DNA of 32,000 nucleotides from an uncultured Clostridium sp. (GTDB taxonomy: Bacteria > Bacillota > Clostridia > Ch29), in contig CAZVBE010000007.1 of the NCBI GenBank assembly GCA_964625335.1, positions 32,682 through 64,681 on the forward strand, read 5' to 3'. The notes beneath the pieces were generated by a model. It ran no database searches. It saw nothing but the letters and a program-made list of their open reading frames with translations, and was not told the DNA's origin. Both the position numbers and the translations under genes were made by a program. This document shows, one piece after another, positions 17,631 through 26,042 of the stretch. Numbering within the stretch: position 1 is the stretch's first letter; each line of letters starts with the position of its first letter.

Positions 17631-18560
17631 ATGCCGCTTGTTACTTCTGCTGATATGTTTCAAAGGGCCTATGAAGAGAAATATGCAGTGGGTGCCTTTA
17701 ACGTTAACAACATGGAGATAATTCAAGGCATTGTGGATGCTGCGAAGGAGGAGCGCTCGCCTCTTATTCTACAGGTTTCTGCGGGAGCGCGGAAATATGC
17801 AAAACCCGTTTATCTTAGGAAGCTGGTAGATGCGGCGATTGAAGACACCGGGCTCCCGGTGACACTGCATCTGGACCACGGAGAGGATTATGAAATATGC
17901 AAGGCATGCGTTGATGACGGTTTTACCTCGGTCATGATTGATGGTTCAAAGTACCCCTTTGAAGAGAACATAGCGCTGACCAAAAAAGTAGTCGACTATG
18001 CCCATTCTAAAGGAGTTGTAGTGGAGGCAGAGCTTGGAAAGCTCGCAGGGATTGAGGATAACATAAAGGTTAGCGACCGGGACGCCACCTTCACCGACCC
18101 GGACCAGGCGGTAGAGTTCGTTGAGAGAACAGGTATAGACTCCCTTGCCATAGCAATAGGAACAAGTCATGGCGCGTATAAGTTCAAGGGAGAGCCTATG
18201 CTGGATTTTGAACGACTGGAAAAAATAAGCCGTATAATGCCTGGATTTCCACTTGTTCTTCATGGGGCTTCAACGGTACTGCCCGAATTCGTAGACCTGT
18301 GCAACCAGTATGGCGGCAGCATTCCCGGAGCCAAGGGAGTCCCCGAGGACATGCTTCGAAAAGCCGCCCAAATGGGCGTATGCAAGATAAATATTGATAC
18401 CGACCTTAGGCTTGCCCTTACGGCTGCGGTCAGGGAATACCTGACAAACAACCCGTCGGTATTTGACCCTCGCAAATACCTTGGGCCTGCCAGGGAAGCG
18501 ATTAAACGTATGGTTGCCCATAAGATAAGAAATGTGCTGGGCTGCAGCGGAAAATTATAG
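17631..18560 (+). CDS. fba: Class II fructose-1,6-bisphosphate aldolase
   Basis: 309 aa. N-terminus YAVGAFNVNNMEIIQGIVDAAKEERSPLILQVS. Zn ligand contexts HLDHG, GTSHGAYKF and LVLHGAS. SD AAGAGGAGG. Confidence 0.95.
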   Translation: MPLVTSADMFQRAYEEKYAVGAFNVNNMEIIQGIVDAAKEERSPLILQVSAGARKYAKPVYLRKLVDAAIEDTGLPVTLHLDHGEDYEICKACVDDGFTSVMIDGSKYPFEENIALTKKVVDYAHSKGVVVEAELGKLAGIEDNIKVSDRDATFTDPDQAVEFVERTGIDSLAIAIGTSHGAYKFKGEPMLDFERLEKISRIMPGFPLVLHGASTVLPEFVDLCNQYGGSIPGAKGVPEDMLRKAAQMGVCKINIDTDLRLALTAAVREYLTNNPSVFDPRKYLGPAREAIKRMVAHKIRNVLGCSGKL

Positions 18561-18582
18561 GTTTTGCCAAAATCATTTGCCA

Positions 18583-18620
18583 AAATTAAAGGGCCGGATG
18601 CAAACCCGGCCCTTTAATTT
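18583..18620. terminator. Bidirectional Rho-independent terminator
   Basis: AAATTAAAGGGCCGG-ATGCAAAC-CCGGCCCTTTAATTT lies between the convergent fba (+) and DsrE-like (-) genes. Confidence 0.8.
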
Positions 18621-18624
18621 CCCG

Positions 18625-19101
18625 TTAAATAAAAAGCTGCATATCCGATTGGACGGCATCCCCTATGTATGCCTTAACATCCACAATCTCAAGCTCCGGC
18701 AGCAGCTCCTCCTTTTTGAAGCCCATAACCTCGGTAGACAGCTTGCAGCCATAAAACTTTACCTTGTTTTTACGTGCGCCATCAAGGAGTTTTTTCAGGC
18801 TGGGAGCATTTTCATCCTTAATCATATCCAGCATCATTGATTTGCCTATACCCATCATATTCATCCTTGACAGCCCCAAGTCTTCGGGTCCCTTTGGAGT
18901 CATGGCCCCGAACATCTTTTCATAGGCATTTTTACCCTCGCTGTCCATCCTTTCAGGGTCCCGCATTACCAAAAGTCCCCAAAACGCAAAAAACATTGAA
19001 ACTTCCATATCCATATCCCGGGCCCCGTTTGCTATCAATAGCGCAGCGTAAAGTTTATCGTAGTCTCCGCTAAACACAAGAAGATTTACCTTTTTACCCA
19101 T
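18625..19101 (-). CDS. DsrE/DsrF-like family protein (COG2210 type)
   Basis: About 158 aa. KVNLLVFSGDYDKLYAALLIANGA...MFFAFWGL...FYGCKLS is typical of the DsrE-like sulfur-relay fold. I chose the start at ATG 19101, 8 nt after AAGGGAG. The track ORF begins at an upstream GTG. Confidence 0.7.
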   Translation of the reverse strand: MGKKVNLLVFSGDYDKLYAALLIANGARDMDMEVSMFFAFWGLLVMRDPERMDSEGKNAYEKMFGAMTPKGPEDLGLSRMNMMGIGKSMMLDMIKDENAPSLKKLLDGARKNKVKFYGCKLSTEVMGFKKEELLPELEIVDVKAYIGDAVQSDMQLFI

Positions 19102-19185
19102 TCCCGGCACTCCCTTCTTCTCACAACAATAATTAGCTTTTCCTGTGCCTGGGAATTTTACACCTGTTATTTATTAAGTACTCCA

Positions 19186-19842
19186 TCAGCCAATAATAAT
19201 GGGTATAACGTCCCGGGGAGTCTCAACTATTTCCCGAGCGCCGTTTTGTGCTAGCTCCTTCGCGGTTCTGAAACCCCAGAGGGCACCCACTGCATACATT
19301 CCTGCCCGGCCGGCGGTTCGCATATCGGTACCCGTGTCCCCAAGGTATAGAATGTTTCCTGGTTTTATATCCATTCCGAGGGCTATCTCAAGGGCGGCGG
19401 CAGGATTGGGTTTTCTGGGAGTTAAGGGCCCCTCTCCCCTTATTTGGCTGAAAGTCCATTCAGACAGAAATTCTTTGGCTACGGCCCGGGTAAAAGCATC
19501 CGGTTTATTGGACAGTACAGCCTTTTGAATTCTGTGTTCTTCCAGCCAGTCAAGAAGCTCAGGAATACCCGGATAAAGTTTTGTACATTCAAAAAAGCGC
19601 AGCTGATACTCCTTATCCATTGCTTCCATACATTCCCGCACCGCTTCCTCACCACCGCAGCCCGCGGGGAGAACCCTTTTTGCCAGCATTTCCATCCCGT
19701 CACCCACAAAATACCTGTAGGATTTAACCGGATGAACCGGATAGCCATAAAGGGCCAGCACTCTGTTCATGGAATTTGCCAAATCGTCAAGGGTATCCAG
19801 CAGCGTACCGTCCATATCGAGTATTACTCCGTTAAACCTCAT
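19186..19842 (-). CDS. HAD-superfamily hydrolase (phosphoglycolate phosphatase-like, subfamily IA)
   Basis: Motif I VILDMDGTLLDT. Motif II SNK. Motif IV YLGDTGTDMRTAGRAG. The start is at ATG 19842, 8 nt after GGAGGG. Confidence 0.85.
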   Translation of the reverse strand: MRFNGVILDMDGTLLDTLDDLANSMNRVLALYGYPVHPVKSYRYFVGDGMEMLAKRVLPAGCGGEEAVRECMEAMDKEYQLRFFECTKLYPGIPELLDWLEEHRIQKAVLSNKPDAFTRAVAKEFLSEWTFSQIRGEGPLTPRKPNPAAALEIALGMDIKPGNILYLGDTGTDMRTAGRAGMYAVGALWGFRTAKELAQNGAREIVETPRDVIPIIIG

Positions 19843-19868
19843 AAAATACACCCTCCGTGGATTTTTTG

Positions 19869-20606
19869 CTATACCTTTCCTACCACAGCTGCATATATGG
19901 TAAACTCGTCGGTCCCGTCAACGCCCAGCAGTCCGTCCATTTTGTCCTGGCTGTATTTCCCTATAGCACAGGCTCCTGCGTCTATAGACCGGCTTGCAAG
20001 ATAAAGGTTCTGGCACAGGTGCCCCGCATCCACAGCTATCATTTTATGGGAAACCAGGCCGTAACGCCATTCAGAACGGTAGGGCGTTGCCGTCCAAACA
20101 AAGACCGCCGCCCCCGCAGCGACAAACTTCTGGCCCTTACAGGCGTCTGCCATCCTTTGATCCAGCCCGTCAACCTTTCCCATTACCAGCAGCCTGTGCG
20201 TGACGGGCATATATCTGTAAAGTCCCGGTCTGACTCCGTCTACACGGTTGACTGCCAAATATGTCTCGATGGGGTGCCGTCCTCCTGCGGAAGGGGCAGT
20301 CCTTCGCTCTTCGTTATCCCCGGTTATACCCTGCACCGACCAAAGGAGATATGACAGTTCCTCAAGGTTAAGGGGCTGATCTGTGAATTTTCTGTGGCTT
20401 CTTCTGCTTGCCAGCGCGTCCGCCAGCGGCATTCCCCCAACCGAAAAATCCTTCCGTGCAACAAGCTCAATAAATGCGGCATCGGCGCCTACGGGTTTTT
20501 GCAAATCAGGGCTTGCAATTCCTTTCTCCTGGTCCCGTTCAAGTTGGTCCCACTTGTCCCATAAATAGGCCTTAAGAAAATTCCTGTGGCTTTCGATGCT
20601 TCTCAA
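19869..20606 (-). CDS. SagB/ThcOx-type nitroreductase-family dehydrogenase (stand-alone)
   Basis: 245 aa. SRRSHRKFTDQPLNLEELSYLLWSVQGITG is the FMN-binding nitroreductase signature in the SagB-type arrangement. TTG start 6 nt after GAGGTGA. Confidence 0.75.
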   Translation of the reverse strand: MRSIESHRNFLKAYLWDKWDQLERDQEKGIASPDLQKPVGADAAFIELVARKDFSVGGMPLADALASRRSHRKFTDQPLNLEELSYLLWSVQGITGDNEERRTAPSAGGRHPIETYLAVNRVDGVRPGLYRYMPVTHRLLVMGKVDGLDQRMADACKGQKFVAAGAAVFVWTATPYRSEWRYGLVSHKMIAVDAGHLCQNLYLASRSIDAGACAIGKYSQDKMDGLLGVDGTDEFTIYAAVVGKV

Positions 20607-20800
20607 ATGATTTCACCTCTCTTCCCGGTTAATAAACCATACTCTTTTACGCTTAAATCTAACGAGCGCATATGCATACCGTTCGAGACGGTCAATTGCC
20701 CCCAAGCAGCAGCCGGACCCATTCCCGCTTTTCCCACAGCGCACATTCGCCGTCGGTACATGAATACCCCATACTTCTTCTAAAATCTTATGCCTTGCTT

Positions 20801-21682
20801 CTATATGTCTATTCCAAGAAACAGCCTGACAAAATAGCCAATTATGAAGGATAGCAGTGCAACTCCCAGGCTTATGGACGCCATCTCCAGAAATCTTTTT
20901 TTAAAGGGCAGATCCTTCGCCACCGATACATAAAAATTGAACACCAGTATTATTATTATGGCGACAGCGATTGTAAGCATAAGACTAATAAAATAATTGG
21001 TCAGTATCAGGTACGGGAGAATCAAAAATGCTACCGTAAGCACATATGCAACTCCCGTATATATTGCAGATTTGATTGCCTGACTGTGGTCGCTGTCGGA
21101 TTTTGTTGATAGATACTCTGAAGCAGCCATTGAAAGGGATGCTGCAATGCCTGTAATAAGCCCAGCCAAAGCTATCAGCCTTGTATCCCGCAGGGCAAAG
21201 GTCAGACCGGCCAGGGTACCTGTAAGCTCTACCAGAGCATCGTTAAGTCCCAAAACTACCGATCCTATATATTGAAGTCTTTCCTCCTCAATAAGGTCAA
21301 TCAACTGCTTCTCATGCCTGTCCTCATCTTCAATTATGCTGTGTAATTCCGGAATGCTTTTCGCAATCTTTTGGTAGGCTTGCTGTGCTTTCTCCTCACC
21401 CTTTTCCAACAGCTTCACGCCAAATGTCAGCCCAAACAGTTTAGAAATCCAGTAGTACCGGAAAATCTTCCATTTGTCCGGCAAAGCCTTGCTGCCTGTA
21501 TATTTCCCCAGAAAATCATGGTGCTTTAGCTCATCCTCGGCTATGCTTGTTAAAATCTCCCGGTTCCCGGCCGCCTTTATACTGCCGGCCAGCCTTTTGT
21601 ATATAAAGTACTCTGTAATCTCTTCCTTCTGAAACCTTACTATATCTTTTAACAATCCCTTATTTACCGGTTTGTCTCCCAT
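20801..21682 (-). CDS. VIT1/CCC1-family Fe/Mn transporter with N-terminal ferritin-like domain
   Basis: The N-terminal di-iron-like helices contain EEITEY...EDELKHH...EDEDRHE. The C-terminal VIT1 membrane domain contains GLNDALVELTGTLAGL...SMAASEYLS. The start is at ATG 21682 after GAGGTGAT. The track ORF extends upstream into the preceding gene. Confidence 0.85.
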   Translation of the reverse strand: MGDKPVNKGLLKDIVRFQKEEITEYFIYKRLAGSIKAAGNREILTSIAEDELKHHDFLGKYTGSKALPDKWKIFRYYWISKLFGLTFGVKLLEKGEEKAQQAYQKIAKSIPELHSIIEDEDRHEKQLIDLIEEERLQYIGSVVLGLNDALVELTGTLAGLTFALRDTRLIALAGLITGIAASLSMAASEYLSTKSDSDHSQAIKSAIYTGVAYVLTVAFLILPYLILTNYFISLMLTIAVAIIIILVFNFYVSVAKDLPFKKRFLEMASISLGVALLSFIIGYFVRLFLGIDI

Positions 21683-21725
21683 ATATCCGATCACCTCTTC
21701 ACTAAATAAAACCTTTACACAACCT

Positions 21726-22664
21726 TTAAATTCTAATAAAGCGGTTTGAGAGCGATGCAATTACCATCACAAAACCCGTGATTTGATAAATTTGTACCGT
21801 CCCCGCATTGGCCGGTATAAGTCTTTGAATACAGTCAAATTCCTTTGCTGCCGTCCTTACCGACCTGACCGCAACGGGTATGCTCAGAAGCCCCAATAAC
21901 CATACGGGGTTGCGGTATGTAACGGAAATCAGCGGAAATACCGCATAGGCAAGGGCAAACAGCCATGCAAAAACCCTTATGCCCTTTTCTTTGCCCATCC
22001 GTACAAGCCGGTTATTCTTGTCTGCCATTTTATCCGCTTCATAATCGGGGTATTGGTTTATCCATAGTACGTTAGCTATAAGAAAGCCTATGGGCAGCGA
22101 AACCAGCACTACTTCGGGTCCGATTGTATGGGTCAGTACCAGGTACATCCCGGTGGTTATCAATGGTCCGAATGTAAGGCCCACTGCAAATTCTCCAAAG
22201 CCGCTGTAGGCGAACTTAAAAGGCGGTACGCTGTAAAACACCGACATTAAAACGCCTGTAAGACCTATCCACAGTACATTAAATTCACGGTAGACCACAA
22301 TAAACAGCCCAATGGCGCAGGCAGCCAGAATTGTACCGTAAGCGACAAGCTTAACCTCGTCCAGTGTGAGCTTACCGTCAACTATTGTCTTTTTGCCGCC
22401 GCTGAAAGGCGTCCTGTTTTCAGGTGCAACGTTTTTGTCCGCCCCTGATTTATAATCAACGTATTCGTTGACAGCGTTCTTCCCCGTCTCAATCAGGTAA
22501 ACGCCTGTGACAGAGAGCGCAAACCAGACAAAATCAAAACGTCCTGTATCACTATAGGCCAGAGCTGCCGCCACCAGCATGGGAACAGTGGAAGCTATCC
22601 ATATTTTCGGATCGGCAAGCTGCCAGAACCCATGCCAAACACGGTTTTTTTCCTGTTTGTTCAT
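21726..22664 (-). CDS. UbiA-superfamily aromatic prenyltransferase (MenA-like)
   Basis: 312 aa and polytopic. First Asp-rich motif NEYVDYKSGAD. Second motif QYPDYEADK. The N-terminus WQLADPKIWIASTVPMLVAAALA resembles MenA-type proteins. Confidence 0.8.
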   Translation of the reverse strand: MNKQEKNRVWHGFWQLADPKIWIASTVPMLVAAALAYSDTGRFDFVWFALSVTGVYLIETGKNAVNEYVDYKSGADKNVAPENRTPFSGGKKTIVDGKLTLDEVKLVAYGTILAACAIGLFIVVYREFNVLWIGLTGVLMSVFYSVPPFKFAYSGFGEFAVGLTFGPLITTGMYLVLTHTIGPEVVLVSLPIGFLIANVLWINQYPDYEADKMADKNNRLVRMGKEKGIRVFAWLFALAYAVFPLISVTYRNPVWLLGLLSIPVAVRSVRTAAKEFDCIQRLIPANAGTVQIYQITGFVMVIASLSNRFIRI

Positions 22665-22954
22665 TAAGTTCTATCCCCTCTATGCAAATAATCTTGGTAT
22701 TGGAAAGTTTGTCCACTATTATATTGTCCAGGGCGAAATGGTATATTCACCAATATATACCCTGGATTGGAATAACTCTCACTATGGAATAATTCTACAC
22801 AAATACTGCCTTTTCCTGCAATAGTACCAAGGGTGTCAGCAGGACGGGGCTGTTGATACTTGTAACCGGCATCTGTGCCATGATGCCAATGGCAGGCTCC
22901 TGCCCAATGGGCCATTTGGGCCAGTAATGTCCTCCGTCCGGTGCATCCGGACAT
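22664..22954 (-). CDS. Hypothetical 96-aa ORF exactly filling the permease-UbiA spacer (could instead be non-coding structured RNA)
   Basis: The ATG is 2 nt after the permease stop, and the stop overlaps the UbiA ATG (TAATG). The product (MSGCTGRRTLLAQMAHWAGACHWHHGTDAGY...) has no family I recognise. There is only a weak AAGGG tract upstream. Confidence 0.2.
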   Translation of the reverse strand: MSGCTGRRTLLAQMAHWAGACHWHHGTDAGYKYQQPRPADTLGTIAGKGSICVELFHSESYSNPGYILVNIPFRPGQYNSGQTFQYQDYLHRGDRT

Positions 22955-22956
22955 GG

Positions 22957-24321
22957 TTAACCCTTTTGCCTAAGCTGTCCTCTTCGGCTTAATATATTCT
23001 TTCTTATGTAGTAATAGCCGCTTCCAAGCAGGAACCAGAAACCGAAGGAATACAGCATAAGCGGATCTTCAACCAGCGAAGCCACAGTAAGCAGCACTGC
23101 GGATATGATTGTAAAAATTGGCAGCGCCTTAAGGCTTGCATCCGATAATTTGAAGGGGGCGCTTTCAAAACTCTCCGGGTACTTCTTCTTTATTACAAGA
23201 CAGGCTCCGGCCACAAGGGTCATGCCGCTTAGGATAACGATCGAACTGATGGTACCAAGAAACAGAACCGGAAGATCAAGCACAATCATCAATAGTGCAA
23301 ATATATAAATAGTGACGGTTGCAAACCCCGGTACATTGTAACGGTTAAGTTTAGAAAACACCAAAGGCATTATCCTGTCAACGGCCAGGCTGTATAACGA
23401 CCTGCTGCTGGCCATATAGGCTGCATTCATAGGGGTTATTATTGCCACCATGGCGCTAATCTGTATCAACGCCGCCGCCCATGGATTAATAAGGAGCCTT
23501 GCAGCCTGGGCAAGATTGGGCTCGTATTCCTTTATCGTGTCCCAGCCAAGTCCTCCGGAAAAAACAAAGGTTGTGAAAAGATATAGAAGTCCCACTATTA
23601 CCGACGCAATAAAAATAGACTTTGGAATGTTCTTCTGGGGGTTTTCCACCTCATCCCCCACCTCCGCAACAATATACAGCCCGGTATAAGCATAAAAGGC
23701 ACTCATACTGCCCTTTAGGACCGGACCTATTCCCGGTCCCCATAAAGGAGTGAGGTTACCCGGCTTTATCTCAAAAACTCCAAAGCCGCAGAAAATTGCC
23801 AGTCCTGCAATAACAGCCACCACAAGAAACTGCACAACCCTCTGGGTTGTCTTAATCCCAAGCAGGTTAACCACCAGAATAACCGTCAGCACTGCTACGG
23901 CGATCAGTTTTCTGTCAACGGCCAGGTATGCGGATATATAATGGGCAAATCCACTGCTCATTAAGGCAAGCCCGCAAAATGAACCTATCAGTCTGAACCA
24001 GCCTGTTACAAACCCAATATAATCATTATAGAACATTTTTGCATATTGGTAAGTAGCCGCAGTAGACGGAAAAACCGACGCCACCTGGGCGTAACAGACG
24101 GAGGAGGTAACGGCAATGACCAGGGCTATCAGGTAGCACAAAAAAAGACCGGGGCCTGCGGCAACCGCCAGTGGACCTATCATTATGTATATTCCCGAGC
24201 CAACAACCGTTCCCACTATTATCTCCACAGCCCCGGCAAGTCCAATCTTGTATGAAACGCTTCTCTTTATCGAAAACACCCCCAGCATACTTATATCAGA
24301 AACCAAAATGGGTATGGCCAA
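22957..24321 (-). CDS. APC-superfamily amino acid/polyamine permease
   Basis: 454 aa with about 12 TM segments. The N-terminal signature is GAVEIIVGTVVGSGIYIMIGPLA. The start is uncertain: TTG at 24321 or ATG at 24288. Confidence 0.85.
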   Translation of the reverse strand: MAIPILVSDISMLGVFSIKRSVSYKIGLAGAVEIIVGTVVGSGIYIMIGPLAVAAGPGLFLCYLIALVIAVTSSVCYAQVASVFPSTAATYQYAKMFYNDYIGFVTGWFRLIGSFCGLALMSSGFAHYISAYLAVDRKLIAVAVLTVILVVNLLGIKTTQRVVQFLVVAVIAGLAIFCGFGVFEIKPGNLTPLWGPGIGPVLKGSMSAFYAYTGLYIVAEVGDEVENPQKNIPKSIFIASVIVGLLYLFTTFVFSGGLGWDTIKEYEPNLAQAARLLINPWAAALIQISAMVAIITPMNAAYMASSRSLYSLAVDRIMPLVFSKLNRYNVPGFATVTIYIFALLMIVLDLPVLFLGTISSIVILSGMTLVAGACLVIKKKYPESFESAPFKLSDASLKALPIFTIISAVLLTVASLVEDPLMLYSFGFWFLLGSGYYYIRKNILSRRGQLRQKG

Positions 24322-24415
24322 TCAGGACAGGTTTTACCCCTATCCAGGCTATTTTTTCTTAAACTTGTGGGGCTTTTCTACCCTTAAGCGCAATATCAGC
24401 CCGCAATCGGTACTG

Positions 24416-24451
24416 TAAAAGCCCCGCCTTATTGCAGCTTCCGGCAGGGCT
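24416..24451 (-). terminator. Rho-independent terminator after the phosphodiester glycosidase gene
   Basis: Minus-strand RNA reads AGCCCUGCC-(14 nt)-GGCGGGGCU followed by UUUUAC. The stem is 9 bp including one G-U pair. Confidence 0.55.
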
Positions 24452-24494
24452 TACTCACATAAACGAATAAGGTAATATTTCAAGCCTCACCCCA

Positions 24495-25541
24495 TTACGG
24501 CATCACAATTATATTATTGACCACCGGGCGCTCCTTGCCGTCCGAGGGTTTGTTCAGTATTACTCCGTTAAAGTACATGACGCTGGATCCTCCACCGTCG
24601 AGGTTATATGCCTCCTTGACCCCCAGTTCCAGCAGTTTGTCCTGCAAAAGCTCCAGAGTAACGCCTACGCTCCAGTCCCCCTGCCGCCCGTCAATTACTA
24701 TCATTATAAGGTCGTCATTGGCGTACTTGCCAATAATAGTTCTTGGCTGGTTGGTAGTTTTCCACTCTTCGGGTATCTCAACTTTTTTCCCGTCCTTAAG
24801 TAGTACCGGTATAAAGCTTACTCCCTGATAAGGCTGCAGCTTTGTCAGTTCTTTTTCAGTCTGCGGAACTGTGCCTATCACCTGTCCTTTTTTATTAATC
24901 CCCGCAAAAAACAGGTCCCCGGGGTAACCGTTGAAGGGCTCAACCAGTTTACCGTCAATTACGGTATTACCTATCATCTGGGCGTAGGTTTCGCCGTTCC
25001 GTCTCTCGGTATAGAAGCCTCCCCCGTTTATCGCCAATATAGCTCCCTTTCTCCCGGCCGCTTCGGAAGTGGTTTCCAGCTGTCCCAGTGTGTCCCCGGC
25101 CAATACCACCTTGAAGGCCTTAGGGTCAAAAAGCTTTACCTTTGCTATGAACCCGCGGTATCCAAGTTCGGCCAGTTTGAATATTTTTATCTCGGTATTA
25201 TCCGAGATATGGGCCGATACCGTAGGCCCTAGCATATCCAGAATCCTCTGCTCGTAAATGTCATCCGACAGCTTTCTATGGGAAACGCTTTGTTCGGATA
25301 GGGCCGCCAGGCTTTCGTACTGTCCCGAAAAGGTCTCTTCCTGCATCTGAGCCAGCATACCCAGGTCCGCAATGCTTTGCTTGAGAAGACTTGCCTCCTC
25401 CTCCAGCATAACCGCATGCTGCTCCAGAGGGGCTGTGGGAAACCGCATTATTTTGCTGTCCTCCGCAAAATCCGAACAAACCAGAAAAAGTGCTATAAAG
25501 GGGGCTGCAATAAACAGCATAAAAACATTAATTCTGTACAT
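24495..25541 (-). CDS. Phosphodiester glycosidase family protein (DUF2233/NAGPA-like), membrane-anchored
   Basis: 348 aa. N-terminal TM segment FMLFIAAPFIALFLV. Motifs AINGGGFY, RTIIG and AYNLDGGGSS are typical of the family. AAGGAGG lies 6 nt upstream of the ATG. Confidence 0.8.
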   Translation of the reverse strand: MYRINVFMLFIAAPFIALFLVCSDFAEDSKIMRFPTAPLEQHAVMLEEEASLLKQSIADLGMLAQMQEETFSGQYESLAALSEQSVSHRKLSDDIYEQRILDMLGPTVSAHISDNTEIKIFKLAELGYRGFIAKVKLFDPKAFKVVLAGDTLGQLETTSEAAGRKGAILAINGGGFYTERRNGETYAQMIGNTVIDGKLVEPFNGYPGDLFFAGINKKGQVIGTVPQTEKELTKLQPYQGVSFIPVLLKDGKKVEIPEEWKTTNQPRTIIGKYANDDLIMIVIDGRQGDWSVGVTLELLQDKLLELGVKEAYNLDGGGSSVMYFNGVILNKPSDGKERPVVNNIIVMP

Positions 25542-25944
25542 TGGGAGCCTCCTTCAGTATCTGCAGGGCTCTATCCAGTTCCATAAGCTGGTCCTCCAAA
25601 TCTCCAAGCTGTCTGTCTATACGCCTTTGCACCGAAGTGGAACTTGAAAGAGTTGAATCTGCTTCCTCTATCCTTTCCCTCAATCCTGAAATTTCATGAC
25701 CCAGCATTTCCATTCTTTCAGTCAGCTGCTGTATATTCACAGCATTTTCCTGCTGTATATTTCTTATGGATGTGTCTATATAATCCTTTGCATAGGTATA
25801 CCCGTAATAGGCGGCGGCACACCATAGACTTACGCTTATTATTAGTATAAGTATATTTATCAGTATTTTTTTATTCCTCTGCTTTTTTTTCCTGACATCC
25901 ATCCTTTTCTGCTCTGTTTCGCGAATTTCTGCGTCTTTTTCCAT
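25528..25944 (-). CDS. Hypothetical membrane-anchored coiled-coil protein
   Basis: 138 aa. It has a basic N-terminus (RKKKQRNKK), one TM segment (ILINILILIISVSLWCAAAYYGY), then heptad-like sequence (LTERMEMLGHEISGLRERIEEADS...LGDLEDQLMELDRALQILKE). It overlaps the downstream glycosidase gene by 14 nt. Confidence 0.6.
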   Translation of the reverse strand: MEKDAEIRETEQKRMDVRKKKQRNKKILINILILIISVSLWCAAAYYGYTYAKDYIDTSIRNIQQENAVNIQQLTERMEMLGHEISGLRERIEEADSTLSSSTSVQRRIDRQLGDLEDQLMELDRALQILKEAPNVQN

Positions 25945-26042
25945 GGCTTCTTCCTTCCCCCCTTTTTCTTTACAATAAATATGCTATCTCAAACTTCCGG
26001 ATGAATCAAGCGGGGAAGCATATATGGTCATAATTGCCTTTT

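Noticed and set aside
19869-20800. SagB-type dehydrogenase as a marker of a thiazole/oxazole-modified peptide (TOMM) cluster. A 26-codon Cys/Ser/Thr-containing ORF lies in its leader (20691..20771, MGYSCTDGECALWEKREWVRLLLGGN).
   Set aside because: There is no YcaO/cyclodehydratase, docking protein, protease or ABC exporter nearby. The short ORF has its heteroatom residues at the N-terminus rather than in a C-terminal core, and its SD is poor. Stand-alone SagB-like nitroreductases are common.
22664-22956. The permease-UbiA spacer as a known riboswitch (SAM-I, cobalamin, yybP-ykoY Mn, NiCo/czcD).
   Set aside because: There are partial resemblances: GGAGGAC..CUGGCCC, and a B12-box-like GGGCAGGAGCCUGCC. 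The diagnostic elements are missing or in the wrong order: no GCAACC or AGAGAUAAG-type P1 for SAM-I, no GCCACUG for B12, and no GGGGAGUAG for yybP. It is kept only as an unassigned element.
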